In this document: piece by piece, positions 47,820-55,206 of the stretch | Layout of the letters: each line of letters starts with the position of its first letter | Numbering within the stretch: position 1 is the stretch's first letter | DNA from: Pseudomonadota bacterium | GTDB lineage: Bacteria; Pseudomonadota; Alphaproteobacteria; ATCC43930; CGMCC-115725 | Direction: 5' to 3' | Assembly: GCA_021812165.1 (NCBI GenBank) | Contig: JAKAOO010000001.1 | Coordinates: 6,045-61,250, forward strand | Length of the DNA: 55,206 bases | Translations under genes and position numbers: made by a program | Notes under the pieces: model-generated | Told to the model about the DNA's origin: nothing | Database searches by the model: none | The model's input: only the letters and a program-made list of their open reading frames with translations

Positions 47820-48386
47820 TCACTCCGCCCCTTTGCCGGCGGAACGATGGAGGCTCTCCGGCTCCCCTTCGCCCGGATGCGGCGGGCGGGCGTGCACATG
47901 GATGTTGCGCCCTCCGGCGTTTTTCAGAATGCGTTTTGCTTTCGCTTCCTGTTGCGCGTCGCCGCAGCGCACCCAAAGCAGCACCGCTCCGGCCGCGAGC
48001 GCCGCCCCGAATTCCTCCCTGTGGCGCGGAGCGGCGGTGCTGTCGAAAAGTTCCTTGAGGGCGGCGGCGCCGAGGCCGGCGCCGATGAGCCCGGCGATCA
48101 CCGCCGCAATCGGTCCCGCCGACCACAGGATCAGTCCCGCAGCCGTCAGAGGCTCGATAAACCGGATCTCATCGGTGAGGCCGCCCGGTAGGATGTGCCG
48201 CTCGCCGCCGGCGGGCTCGCCTGCCGTCGCCAGCGCGTCATGGCTCGCAAGGACGCTGAGGTCGGTTGAGGCAAAGCCGGAAGCGAGCAGCGCCCGGACG
48301 GCGCGGTCAAAATGCTCGCGGTCGGGGAATGAGGCGACCGCCTCGCGCATAGTTGCAGAAGAGACTGCTCGCTCGCCCATAGCCAT
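47820..48386 (-). CDS. hypothetical membrane protein (general-stress/DUF1269-like architecture)
   Basis: Two small alpha/beta-like modules ([19 protein letters not shown]...; [20 protein letters not shown]) flank a glycine-zipper TM segment. The start is uncertain. Confidence 0.4.
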   Translation of the reverse strand: MAMGERAVSSATMREAVASFPDREHFDRAVRALLASGFASTDLSVLASHDALATAGEPAGGERHILPGGLTDEIRFIEPLTAAGLILWSAGPIAAVIAGLIGAGLGAAALKELFDSTAAPRHREEFGAALAAGAVLLWVRCGDAQQEAKAKRILKNAGGRNIHVHARPPHPGEGEPESLHRSAGKGAE

Positions 48387-48475
48387 CCCGTATTGCCATC
48401 CCGAATTCGCGCTCGGCTTCGGCCTATGTTAGCCTCGAATGCCCTGCCGCGTCCTGCGACTTTGCGCTGCCGCCG

Positions 48476-51163
48476 ATGCCCTCCGAACCCCATCCCGCGA
48501 TCACGAGCGAGCCTTCCGGCGCTTACGGCCTCTCGCCCGTCATGGCTCAATATCACGAGATCAAGAAGGCGCATCCGGGTGCCCTTCTCTTTTTTCGGAT
48601 GGGCGACTTTTACGAACTCTTCTTCGAGGATGCGCTCGCAGCCTCCAAAGCGCTCGACATCGCGCTGACGAAGCGCGGAAAGCACGAGGGCGAAGACATC
48701 CCGATGTGCGGCGTTCCGGTGCACACCGCCGAATCTTATCTCGCTCGTCTCATCCGCGCCGGCTTCAAGGTCGCGATCTGCGAGCAGACGGAAGAGCCCT
48801 CTGCGCGAAAGAAGGGCCCGCTCGCGCGCGCCGTCACACGCACCTTGACCGCCGGAACGCTGACCGAAGAGGGGCTCCTCGACGCGCGCCGCAACAATTA
48901 CCTCCTCGGGATCGGCGATTCCGGGGGGCAGTTGGGGATCGCCTGGCTTGATCTCTCGACCGGCGCTTTTGCGCTCGGACCGACGAGCGAATCGGCGCTC
49001 GGAAGCGATCTCGGGCGTCTCAAGCCGGGGGAGATCCTGCTGCCCGAAAGGCTCCTTCTTCGTCCCTCCCTCGCTCCTCTTTTCGCGGAATGGAAAGCGG
49101 CTCTCACTCCTCTCGCCAATGCGCGGTTCGAGAGCGAGGGAGCGCGCCGGCGCCTCGAAAGCCTTTACGGGGTCGGCTCGCTCGAAGGCTTCGGCCACTT
49201 CGCCCGCGCCGAACTCGGAGCGGCGGGAGCGCTCATCGATTATGTCGGGGGGACGCAGCGGACGGAGGCACCTCTTCTTGCCCCGCCGCGGCGGGTGATG
49301 CCGGGCGCGATCATGCAGATCGACGCGGCGACGCGGCGCAATCTCGAGCTTTCGGAGACGCTTTCAGGAGAGCGCAAAGGGAGCCTCCTCTCCGTCATCG
49401 ACCGCACGCTGACCGCTTCCGGAGCCCGTCTGCTCACGGATCATCTCGCCGCCCCTTTGACCGACGCGCAAGCGATAGCGGGGCGTCTCGATACGGTTGA
49501 ATTCTTCCTCGAGCGCGAAGAGCTGCGCGAGGAAGTGCGCGAGCGCCTCAAACACTCTCCCGATATCGAACGGGCTCTCAGCCGGATCGCTCTCGGGCGA
49601 GGGGGTCCGCGCGACCTCGCGGCGCTGCGCGACGGGCTCTCGCTCTGCGCGGCGATCGGGTCGCTTTTGCGCGCTCCGGGGCTCGTTTTGGGCTCCCCGC
49701 GAAGTGATACTTCGCGGGGTCCCCGTCTGCCGCCTCTGCTCGCCGCGGCCGAAGCGGGGCTCGGCGAGCACGCCGCTCTCGTCGAGCGGCTCGGATCGGC
49801 GCTTTCTTCCGAACTGCCGCTTTTCGCTCGGGACGGAGGGTTTATCGCCTCCGGTTTCTCCTCCGCTCTCGACGAGTGGCGTTCGCTGCGCGACGAAAGC
49901 CGGCGCACGATCGCCGCCTTGCAAGCGCGTTATGCCGGCGAGAGCGGGGTCTCTTCCCTGAAGATCCGGCACAACAACGTGATCGGCTATTACATCGAGG
50001 TGCCGGCGGCGCAGAGGGAAAAGCTCGGCGCTGGGTTCATTCACCGCCAGACGATGGCGGGCGCGCAACGCTTTACGACCGCCAAGCTTGCGGAACTCGA
50101 AAGCAGGATCGCCAGCGCCGCAGAGCGGGCGCTTCGGCTGGAACTCGAGCTTTTCGCCGAGCTTGCGGCCGAAGTCATGGGCAGGAAGGGCGAGATCGCG
50201 CGAGCGGCGGGCGCGCTCGCGGCGGTCGATTGCGCCGCGGCGCTCGCCGAAAGGGCGGCCGAAGGGGAGTGGACGAGGCCCCGGCTCGAAGCTGGAACCG
50301 CGTTCGAGATCCGCGCCGGCCGCCACCCGACGGTCGAAGCGGCGCTCGCCGCGAACGCAGAATCCTTCGTCGCCAACGACTGCGTGCTCGACGAGCACCG
50401 GATCTGGCTCGTCACCGGCCCCAACATGGCGGGAAAAAGCACCTTCCTGCGCCAGAACGCGCTCATCGCCGTGCTCGCCCAGATGGGCTCCTATGTGCCC
50501 GCCGGGAGCGCGCGGATCGGGGTCGTCGACCGCCTCTTCAGCCGCGTCGGCGCCGCCGACGATCTCGCGCGCGGGCGCTCCACCTTTATGGTGGAAATGA
50601 TCGAGACGGCGGCGATCTTGAACCAGGCGGGCGAGGGCGCTCTCGTCATCCTCGACGAGATCGGGCGCGGCACCGCGACCTTCGACGGGCTTTCGATCGC
50701 CTGGGCGGCGCTTGAACACCTCTCAGAGGTCAATCGCTGCCGCACGCTTTTCGCGACCCACTATCATGAGTTGACGGCGCTCGCGGGGAAGCTGTCTTCG
50801 CTCGCCTGCCACACGATGCGGGTCAAGGAATGGCAGGGCGACGTCGTCTTTCTGCACGAGGTGGGGCCGGGCGCCGCCGACCGCTCGTATGGCGTGCACG
50901 TGGCGCGTCTCGCCGGCCTGCCGCGCGCGGTGACGGCGCGCGCCGAAGAGGTGCTCGGGATTCTCGAAAAAGGGGAGGGCGGAAGCGCGCTCGCCCGTCT
51001 CGTCGCGGATCTGCCGCTCTTCAGCGCCGCGCTGCGCCGCCCGCGCCCCGCGGAGCGCGAACCGCCGGCGCTCGCGCTCTTGCGCGAAATCCTCCCCGAC
51101 GAGCTTTCCCCGCGCGAAGCGCTCGAACTCGTCTACCGGCTGAAAGCGCTGCTCACCGAGTGA
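48476..51163 (+). CDS. mutS: DNA mismatch repair protein MutS
   Basis: [33 protein letters not shown], Walker [10 protein letters not shown], and [12 protein letters not shown]. Confidence 0.95.
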   Translation: MPSEPHPAITSEPSGAYGLSPVMAQYHEIKKAHPGALLFFRMGDFYELFFEDALAASKALDIALTKRGKHEGEDIPMCGVPVHTAESYLARLIRAGFKVAICEQTEEPSARKKGPLARAVTRTLTAGTLTEEGLLDARRNNYLLGIGDSGGQLGIAWLDLSTGAFALGPTSESALGSDLGRLKPGEILLPERLLLRPSLAPLFAEWKAALTPLANARFESEGARRRLESLYGVGSLEGFGHFARAELGAAGALIDYVGGTQRTEAPLLAPPRRVMPGAIMQIDAATRRNLELSETLSGERKGSLLSVIDRTLTASGARLLTDHLAAPLTDAQAIAGRLDTVEFFLEREELREEVRERLKHSPDIERALSRIALGRGGPRDLAALRDGLSLCAAIGSLLRAPGLVLGSPRSDTSRGPRLPPLLAAAEAGLGEHAALVERLGSALSSELPLFARDGGFIASGFSSALDEWRSLRDESRRTIAALQARYAGESGVSSLKIRHNNVIGYYIEVPAAQREKLGAGFIHRQTMAGAQRFTTAKLAELESRIASAAERALRLELELFAELAAEVMGRKGEIARAAGALAAVDCAAALAERAAEGEWTRPRLEAGTAFEIRAGRHPTVEAALAANAESFVANDCVLDEHRIWLVTGPNMAGKSTFLRQNALIAVLAQMGSYVPAGSARIGVVDRLFSRVGAADDLARGRSTFMVEMIETAAILNQAGEGALVILDEIGRGTATFDGLSIAWAALEHLSEVNRCRTLFATHYHELTALAGKLSSLACHTMRVKEWQGDVVFLHEVGPGAADRSYGVHVARLAGLPRAVTARAEEVLGILEKGEGGSALARLVADLPLFSAALRRPRPAEREPPALALLREILPDELSPREALELVYRLKALLTE

Positions 51164-51196
51164 GTGGAGCGAAGTCGCCTTTTTGAGGAGAAGATC

Positions 51197-51661
51197 ATGC
51201 GATTGCCGGTTCGGTCTTTGGACAATTGGAGGCGGCTCGGCCCTTACGAAAAGTTCGAACAGGCGGTGTATGGGCTCCTCATTCTCTTTATCGCGCTGAT
51301 GGTCGTTCACTCGCTGATATTTCTCGCCCTCAAACTGTTCGAGGATATTCTTGCCGCGATCACGTTCGGCGAGGCGGCCCTTCTGAAGGATGCGTTCGGC
51401 GCCATTCTGACGGTCGTCATTCTGCTCGAATTCAACCGCTCGATCCTTGCGGCGATGCGAGGAGGCGCGGGGCTGCTCGAACTGCGCATCGTCGTCATGA
51501 TCGTGATCATCGTCATCGCGCGAAAGCTCATTCTCTTCGACTACAGCGCGGCGAACCTCAAAAACGCACTCTTCTTGGGCGCCCTCATATTGGCGCTCGG
51601 CGCGCTCTATTGGCTCATCGGCAACGCAGAACGGCAGCGTTCCGAGGCGCCTCCCGATTGA
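51197..51661 (+). CDS. PsiE-like small membrane protein
   Basis: 154 aa with 4 predicted TM helices. ...ILTVVILLEFNRSI...VIIVIARKLI pattern resembles the PsiE family. Confidence 0.5.
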   Translation: MRLPVRSLDNWRRLGPYEKFEQAVYGLLILFIALMVVHSLIFLALKLFEDILAAITFGEAALLKDAFGAILTVVILLEFNRSILAAMRGGAGLLELRIVVMIVIIVIARKLILFDYSAANLKNALFLGALILALGALYWLIGNAERQRSEAPPD

Positions 51662-51682
51662 GACGCCCCCGATTGAGACGCC
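51653..51682. repeat. 15-bp tandem duplication (CCCGATTGAGACGCC x2) spanning the psiE-like stop codon
   Basis: Read directly at 51653-51667 and 51668-51682. Confidence 0.9.
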
Positions 51683-51685
51683 CCA

Positions 51686-51765
51686 TCAGCGGGCGGCGAA
51701 CTGGGTCTGGCCGAAGAGGTTTTCCCGCTGTTCGGCGCTCATCGGACCCCGCCGCTGGTGCTCGG
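51686..51765. repeat. 80-bp direct repeat, left copy (displaced duplicate of GST 3' end)
   Basis: The 70-nt core 51696-51765 is identical to 53767-53836. The outer 10 nt differ at 3 positions. Confidence 0.95.
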
Positions 51766-52281
51766 ATCATCGTCCAAGCCTAGATCGCGGAGCAACGCCA
51801 CGGCGCGTTCCATGCGGTCGCGCTCCGCTTTAGCACCCTTGCGCCGCACAAGCTCCTCTTCCCAATCGGCCACCCTCTCGACGGCCCTGAGCCAATCGAT
51901 TGTGGCAGCCAGTTCGAGTATTATCGTTGGCTCCGCTCGCATGCGCGCGATCGCAGAGGACGCAGCACCACGCTCCAAGCCTCCGAGCGGCCCTTGGGTG
52001 GAAATCACCGGACTCTCGAAGATGCTGTAAGGAACACCGTCGGACATGCGCCGTTCAATTCGTTCGCTTACCAATCCGAAGGCCGCCGCGTCCTCAACTG
52101 CTTCGGCAAGATCTGAAGAATACGGCCCGTAATGGTGGTATTCGTAGGAGAAGTCGCTGTTAAGCCCGAGCTGATCCAAGATGTAGAATAGCTTTTGCAA
52201 GCGCACGCGTCCGACGATCTGTCCTCCTGCACTAGACACGACCTGCGCCACGAGCTGGTCACCTTCCCTCTGCCCGCTCAT
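51739..52281 (-). CDS. small Panacea/DUF4065-like (SocA/YwgA-like) protein, partner of the HD protein
   Basis: 180 aa. GRVRLQKLFYILDQLG...YEYHHYGPYSSDL resembles the KLQKLLY...W.YGPV signature of DUF4065. ATGA overlap with the upstream HD gene. The last 9 codons lie inside the left direct repeat. Confidence 0.6.
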   Translation of the reverse strand: MSGQREGDQLVAQVVSSAGGQIVGRVRLQKLFYILDQLGLNSDFSYEYHHYGPYSSDLAEAVEDAAAFGLVSERIERRMSDGVPYSIFESPVISTQGPLGGLERGAASSAIARMRAEPTIILELAATIDWLRAVERVADWEEELVRRKGAKAERDRMERAVALLRDLGLDDDPSTSGGVR

Positions 52282-53618
52282 TTTCCATCCCTCGCTCGAT
52301 CGCGCTCCGCGGAGCTCGAAAAATAGAAGCGTGTAAAGGACCGTCCCTTGGGGGAGACCAAAGAACTGATCGCTGGCGATAGTTCAGTGATCTCGCGGAG
52401 CCCGTTGCTCGTTCGGATCATCAGCCGGTTCTGGGCTGCGGCATCATCAGCGCCGACCACCCCGTATATGCTGATCGTCGCCGTGTCCTTGAGAACCATG
52501 CGGCCCATCTCGCCAGCGTAGTCTCGTTCGATTCGTCGGATCGCCCTCCGCTGAATCTCGGCAGACTGGTCGTACACGCTTTCGATGTCGAGAGCCTTGA
52601 ATAGCCGTCGGCCCCACAGCCTCTCGGCCATCGCTACGATGTAGGCATCCCCTGCCCTCCGAAACCCTTCTACTGCGCCCCAGAGCACCGCGTCGTCGAG
52701 TGCCAGGTAGGCCGCAGCGTCCTCGCCCCTGGATCCGAAGAACCGCGCCAACGGATGCTTTGGGTCAAGGCCGGCTTCCTCGAATCGGCCTTTGGCAGCG
52801 GCGGCTGCCACGGCGCGCAGGAGGGCCGCGAACATCTGCTCAACGCCGCGGATTGTTTTGTGAAGGTAGACTTGCGTGTAGAGGTGAAACCGAGCCAGCA
52901 GAAACGCCTCGGCGGACTGGAGGGCTTTGGCATCGAGACAAAAGCTTCTACGCTGGACTCCGCGCCCGTCGCCGTCCGGATCGACGTCGATCGGCTCTAT
53001 CCGGAGGTTCTCCAGAAGCCAGTCAAAATCAATCGCCCCCGCGCCAGAACCCGTCATGATGCGGTCTCGCTGCAGATAATCGAGCCGGTCTGCGTCGAAG
53101 GAGCTACGAACGATCGCGTCGTAAATATCGGTCGGTGTTTCAGCCACGAGCACGTCCGCCACCTTGTCGGCGAGCCCTCGCCTATACTCCTCAAGCAAAG
53201 GCTGGATTTGTCCCTTGGGGTCCCGGATTATCTGGGCGCTCCAGGCTTCATGCCGCTTCTTTAGACCCTGTGACCGTTGGACTTGCTCGAACGCATGGCT
53301 GAAAGGACCGTGGCCGATGTCATGGAGGAGCGCGGCGAGGGTGGCTTCCTCGGCTCGGTCTTCATCGACCTCGCCCGCCTGCCTCTTGATGATCTCCACA
53401 AGCCTTCGCGCGGTCTCAAAGACGCCGATACAATGAGAAAGCCTTGTGTGCGTGGCGCCCGGGAAAACGAACTCACAAAAGCCCAATTGCTTGATTCGGC
53501 GGAGGCGCTGGAGCTCGGAGGTGTTCAGCAACTTCCACGCGATCTGGTCGAGAGGCTCCGCTTCTCGAAACACGATTAGCCCGTGAATGGGGTCGCGGAT
53601 ACGCTGGGTACGAGCCAT
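52278..53618 (-). CDS. SAMHD1-like HD-domain dNTP triphosphohydrolase
   Basis: 446 aa. IRDPIHGLIVF, ELQRLRRIKQLG, HTRLSHCIGV, LLHDIGHGPFSH and FDADRLDYLQRD form the complete H...HD...D metal site in SAMHD1/EF1143 order. Confidence 0.85.
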   Translation of the reverse strand: MARTQRIRDPIHGLIVFREAEPLDQIAWKLLNTSELQRLRRIKQLGFCEFVFPGATHTRLSHCIGVFETARRLVEIIKRQAGEVDEDRAEEATLAALLHDIGHGPFSHAFEQVQRSQGLKKRHEAWSAQIIRDPKGQIQPLLEEYRRGLADKVADVLVAETPTDIYDAIVRSSFDADRLDYLQRDRIMTGSGAGAIDFDWLLENLRIEPIDVDPDGDGRGVQRRSFCLDAKALQSAEAFLLARFHLYTQVYLHKTIRGVEQMFAALLRAVAAAAAKGRFEEAGLDPKHPLARFFGSRGEDAAAYLALDDAVLWGAVEGFRRAGDAYIVAMAERLWGRRLFKALDIESVYDQSAEIQRRAIRRIERDYAGEMGRMVLKDTATISIYGVVGADDAAAQNRLMIRTSNGLREITELSPAISSLVSPKGRSFTRFYFSSSAERDRARDGK

Positions 53619-53756
53619 ATCTGGAACATATCAGGAACGGGCGCAGGCGACAAGTAGCTTCGACGCGAATTCCGCGAAAATTTTTTGGGCTACCCGGGCT
53701 GCTTCGCGCGATCAAGGGCAGCGCAGGACTGCCGTGACGTGCCCACTCTCAGTGGG

Positions 53757-53836
53757 TCAACGCGCCGCGAACTGGGTCTGGCCGAAGAGGTTTTCCCGCT
53801 GTTCGGCGCTCATCGGACCCCGCCGCTGGTGCTCGG
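53757..53836. repeat. 80-bp direct repeat, right copy (functional 3' end of GST gene)
   Basis: See the left copy. This copy overlaps the last 26 codons plus the stop of the GST gene. Confidence 0.95.
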
Positions 53837-54452
53837 CGAGAACGGCGACGCCCCGCACGACCGCCGGGCGCGCCGCGATCCTGTCATGCCAGCCCTTGAC
53901 CGCGGGGTAATCCGCGAGATCGATCCCGCGCCGCTCGGGATTGCGCACCCACGGGAAGGTGGCGATATCGGCGATCGAATATTCCTCGCCCGCGAGATAC
54001 GGCGCTTCTTCGAGACGATGATCGAGAACGCGGTGAAGACGCTTCACCTCGTTCGTATAGCGCGCGATCGCGTAGGGGATCTTCTCGACGGCATAATTGG
54101 CGAAGTGGTTGTACTGGCCGAACATCGGTCCCACGCCGCCCATCTGAAACATCAGCCATTGCAAAGAGAGATAACGCGCCGCCGGATCTTTCGGGATGAG
54201 CTTTCCCGTCTTTTCCGCGAGATAGACGAGGATCGCGCCCGATTCGAAGAGATTGAAACGCTTGCCGCCCGGCCCCTCGGGATCGACGATGGCGGGGATG
54301 CGGTGATTGGGGTTGATGGCGAGAAATTCCGGCTTGAACTGATCGCCGGCGCCGATGTTGATGGGGATTACCCTGTAAGGAAGCCCGATCTCCTCGAGCA
54401 TGATATGCACTTTGTGCCCGTTGGGGGTCGGCCAGGTCCAGGCTTCGATCAT
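53757..54452 (-). CDS. glutathione S-transferase (Nu-class YfcG/YghU-like)
   Basis: 231 aa from the ATG at 54452. MIEAWTWPTPNGHKVHIMLEEIGLPY...INPNHRIPAIVD...LFESGAILVYLAEK...QWLMFQMGGVGPMFGQ. Confidence 0.85.
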   Translation of the reverse strand: MIEAWTWPTPNGHKVHIMLEEIGLPYRVIPINIGAGDQFKPEFLAINPNHRIPAIVDPEGPGGKRFNLFESGAILVYLAEKTGKLIPKDPAARYLSLQWLMFQMGGVGPMFGQYNHFANYAVEKIPYAIARYTNEVKRLHRVLDHRLEEAPYLAGEEYSIADIATFPWVRNPERRGIDLADYPAVKGWHDRIAARPAVVRGVAVLAEHQRRGPMSAEQRENLFGQTQFAAR

Positions 54453-54622
54453 CGCTCTTCTCCCGAAAGCTGCGGTTCGATGCGGCGATCTTAAGGGCTC
54501 GGTCGCAGGAGCGCAAAAGGGCCACCGTTTTTGAGATTGCCGTTTCCGATTTCCACTATTGGTCAAGTAACTTGACCATCAAGCCCTGTGACGCCATATC
54601 CGCCCGCAGGGAAAGAGACGCC

Positions 54623-54904
54623 ATGCCGCTCCAGGTCAACATCGCCGAAGCGAAGGCCAAGCTGTCGTTTCTGCTGGATCGCGCTCTGGCGGGGGAAGAG
54701 GTTGTGATTGCGCGTGCCGGCAAGCCCGTGGCACGCCTCGTGCCGATGGCGAGTCGCGCGAAGCGCAAGCGCGGTGCTTGGCGCGGCTGGAAAATCGAGG
54801 CCGAGGCGTTGCTTGAGCCGATGGCTTCCATAGATCTGGACGCGGCAGAAGGCCGGCACACGGACGAGTGGGGCATTACCAAGCCACGCACGAGCGAGCC
54901 GTGA
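54623..54904 (+). CDS. Phd/YefM-type antitoxin
   Basis: MPLQVNIAEAKAKLSFLLDRALAGEEVVIARAGKPVARLVP. The stop overlaps the following PIN gene (GTGA). Confidence 0.75.
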   Translation: MPLQVNIAEAKAKLSFLLDRALAGEEVVIARAGKPVARLVPMASRAKRKRGAWRGWKIEAEALLEPMASIDLDAAEGRHTDEWGITKPRTSEP

Positions 54905-55206
54905 AGCTCCTCCTCGACACCCATGCGCTGCTGTGGTGGCTCGTCGACGACCCGCTTTTGTCTCACGCGGCGGAGGCGGCGATCGCGGACGGCGCGAACG
55001 ACGTGTTCGTGAGCGCCTGTGTTGGGTATGAAATCGCCTATAAGCAGCGTCCAGCAGGCTGCGGAAAAATGCTGGAACGTCGTCATTCCGGGGCGCGGTC
55101 GCTCCGCGGGCTATCCGCCTTGCGCGGCCTTCGCGGCGAACCTCTGACGGCCGTGCCCGGCACGTCGCCGGCGGACGCGAGCCCGGAATCCATAAACACA
55201 GACCCG
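54901..55206 (+). pseudogene. vapC: VapC-type PIN toxin, apparently disrupted after ~58 codons by a MITE-like repeat (frame runs to window end)
   Basis: VKLLLDTHALLWWLVDDPLLSHAAEAAIADGANDVFVSACVGYEIAYK is PIN-like. From ~55078 the sequence is the repeat element, and no further PIN motifs occur. Confidence 0.55.
55078..55203. repeat. MITE/REP-like element, inverted long copy of the 19528-19583 unit
   Basis: Termini are CGTCGTCATTCCGGGGCGCGGTCGC ... GCGAGCCCGGAATCCATAAACACAG. These are the reverse complement of the ends of 19528-19583, with about 75 extra internal nt. Confidence 0.8.

Noticed and set aside
51766-53756. Looked for an integrase, recombinase, transposase or tRNA gene inside or next to the repeat-bounded islet.
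   Set aside because: None was found on either strand. Plus-strand ORFs here are shadows of the two minus-strand genes. The mobility mechanism therefore remains unknown.
53619-53756. Possible promoter for the HD gene (TTGTCG ... ATATGT close to the ATG, with an AAAAAATTTT tract upstream). This would imply a near-leaderless mRNA without a Shine-Dalgarno sequence.
   Set aside because: The spacing and consensus match are weak, and the transcription start cannot be established from sequence alone. It is mentioned here rather than annotated.

Overview
High-GC (about 65-70%) chromosomal segment, probably from an alphaproteobacterium of the Rhizobiales/Hyphomicrobiales type (inferred from gene content and repeat families). 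No rRNA, tRNA or CRISPR array was recognised. Most long ORFs in the track are antisense shadow frames rich in Arg/Pro/Gly. About 50 ORFs look real.

Layout:
- 0-5.2 kb: catabolic enzymes and a PIN toxin-antitoxin pair.
- 5.2-11.6 kb: a decaying glycan-modification locus. The carbamoyltransferase is intact. The methyltransferase and an RgpF/WsaF-type glycosyltransferase are wrecked by an IS630 remnant and by a nested IS1595-like / integrase / IS3 scar.
- 12.3-24.8 kb: a translationally coupled B12-dependent acyl-CoA mutase operon. It encodes IclR, an enoyl-CoA hydratase, the mutase large and small subunits, a family III CoA-transferase, a MeaB-like GTPase and a GlmL/MutL-like protein. A Liv-type ABC importer follows.
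- 25-28.7 kb: FAD oxidoreductase, alanine dehydrogenase, methyltransferase, apt.
- 28.8-32.4 kb: Mla/MCE-type lipid transporter.
- 32.5-51.7 kb: GST, a patatin-like protein lacking its catalytic dyad, PhaZ, an HpnN-like transporter with an acyltransferase, BKACE with CoA-transferase A/B, ComEC, GYD, RidA, GNAT, MutS and a PsiE-like protein.

Best candidate for something new: a lower-GC insert of about 2 kb at 51.77-53.76 kb. It is bracketed by 80-bp direct repeats that duplicate the 3' end of a GST gene. It carries a translationally coupled pair: a SAMHD1-like HD-domain dNTP triphosphohydrolase and a small Panacea/DUF4065-like protein. No integrase is present. I read it as a possible nucleotide-depletion defence or toxin-antitoxin-like module, and this is inference only.

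Several REP/MITE-like repeat families also recur at gene boundaries.
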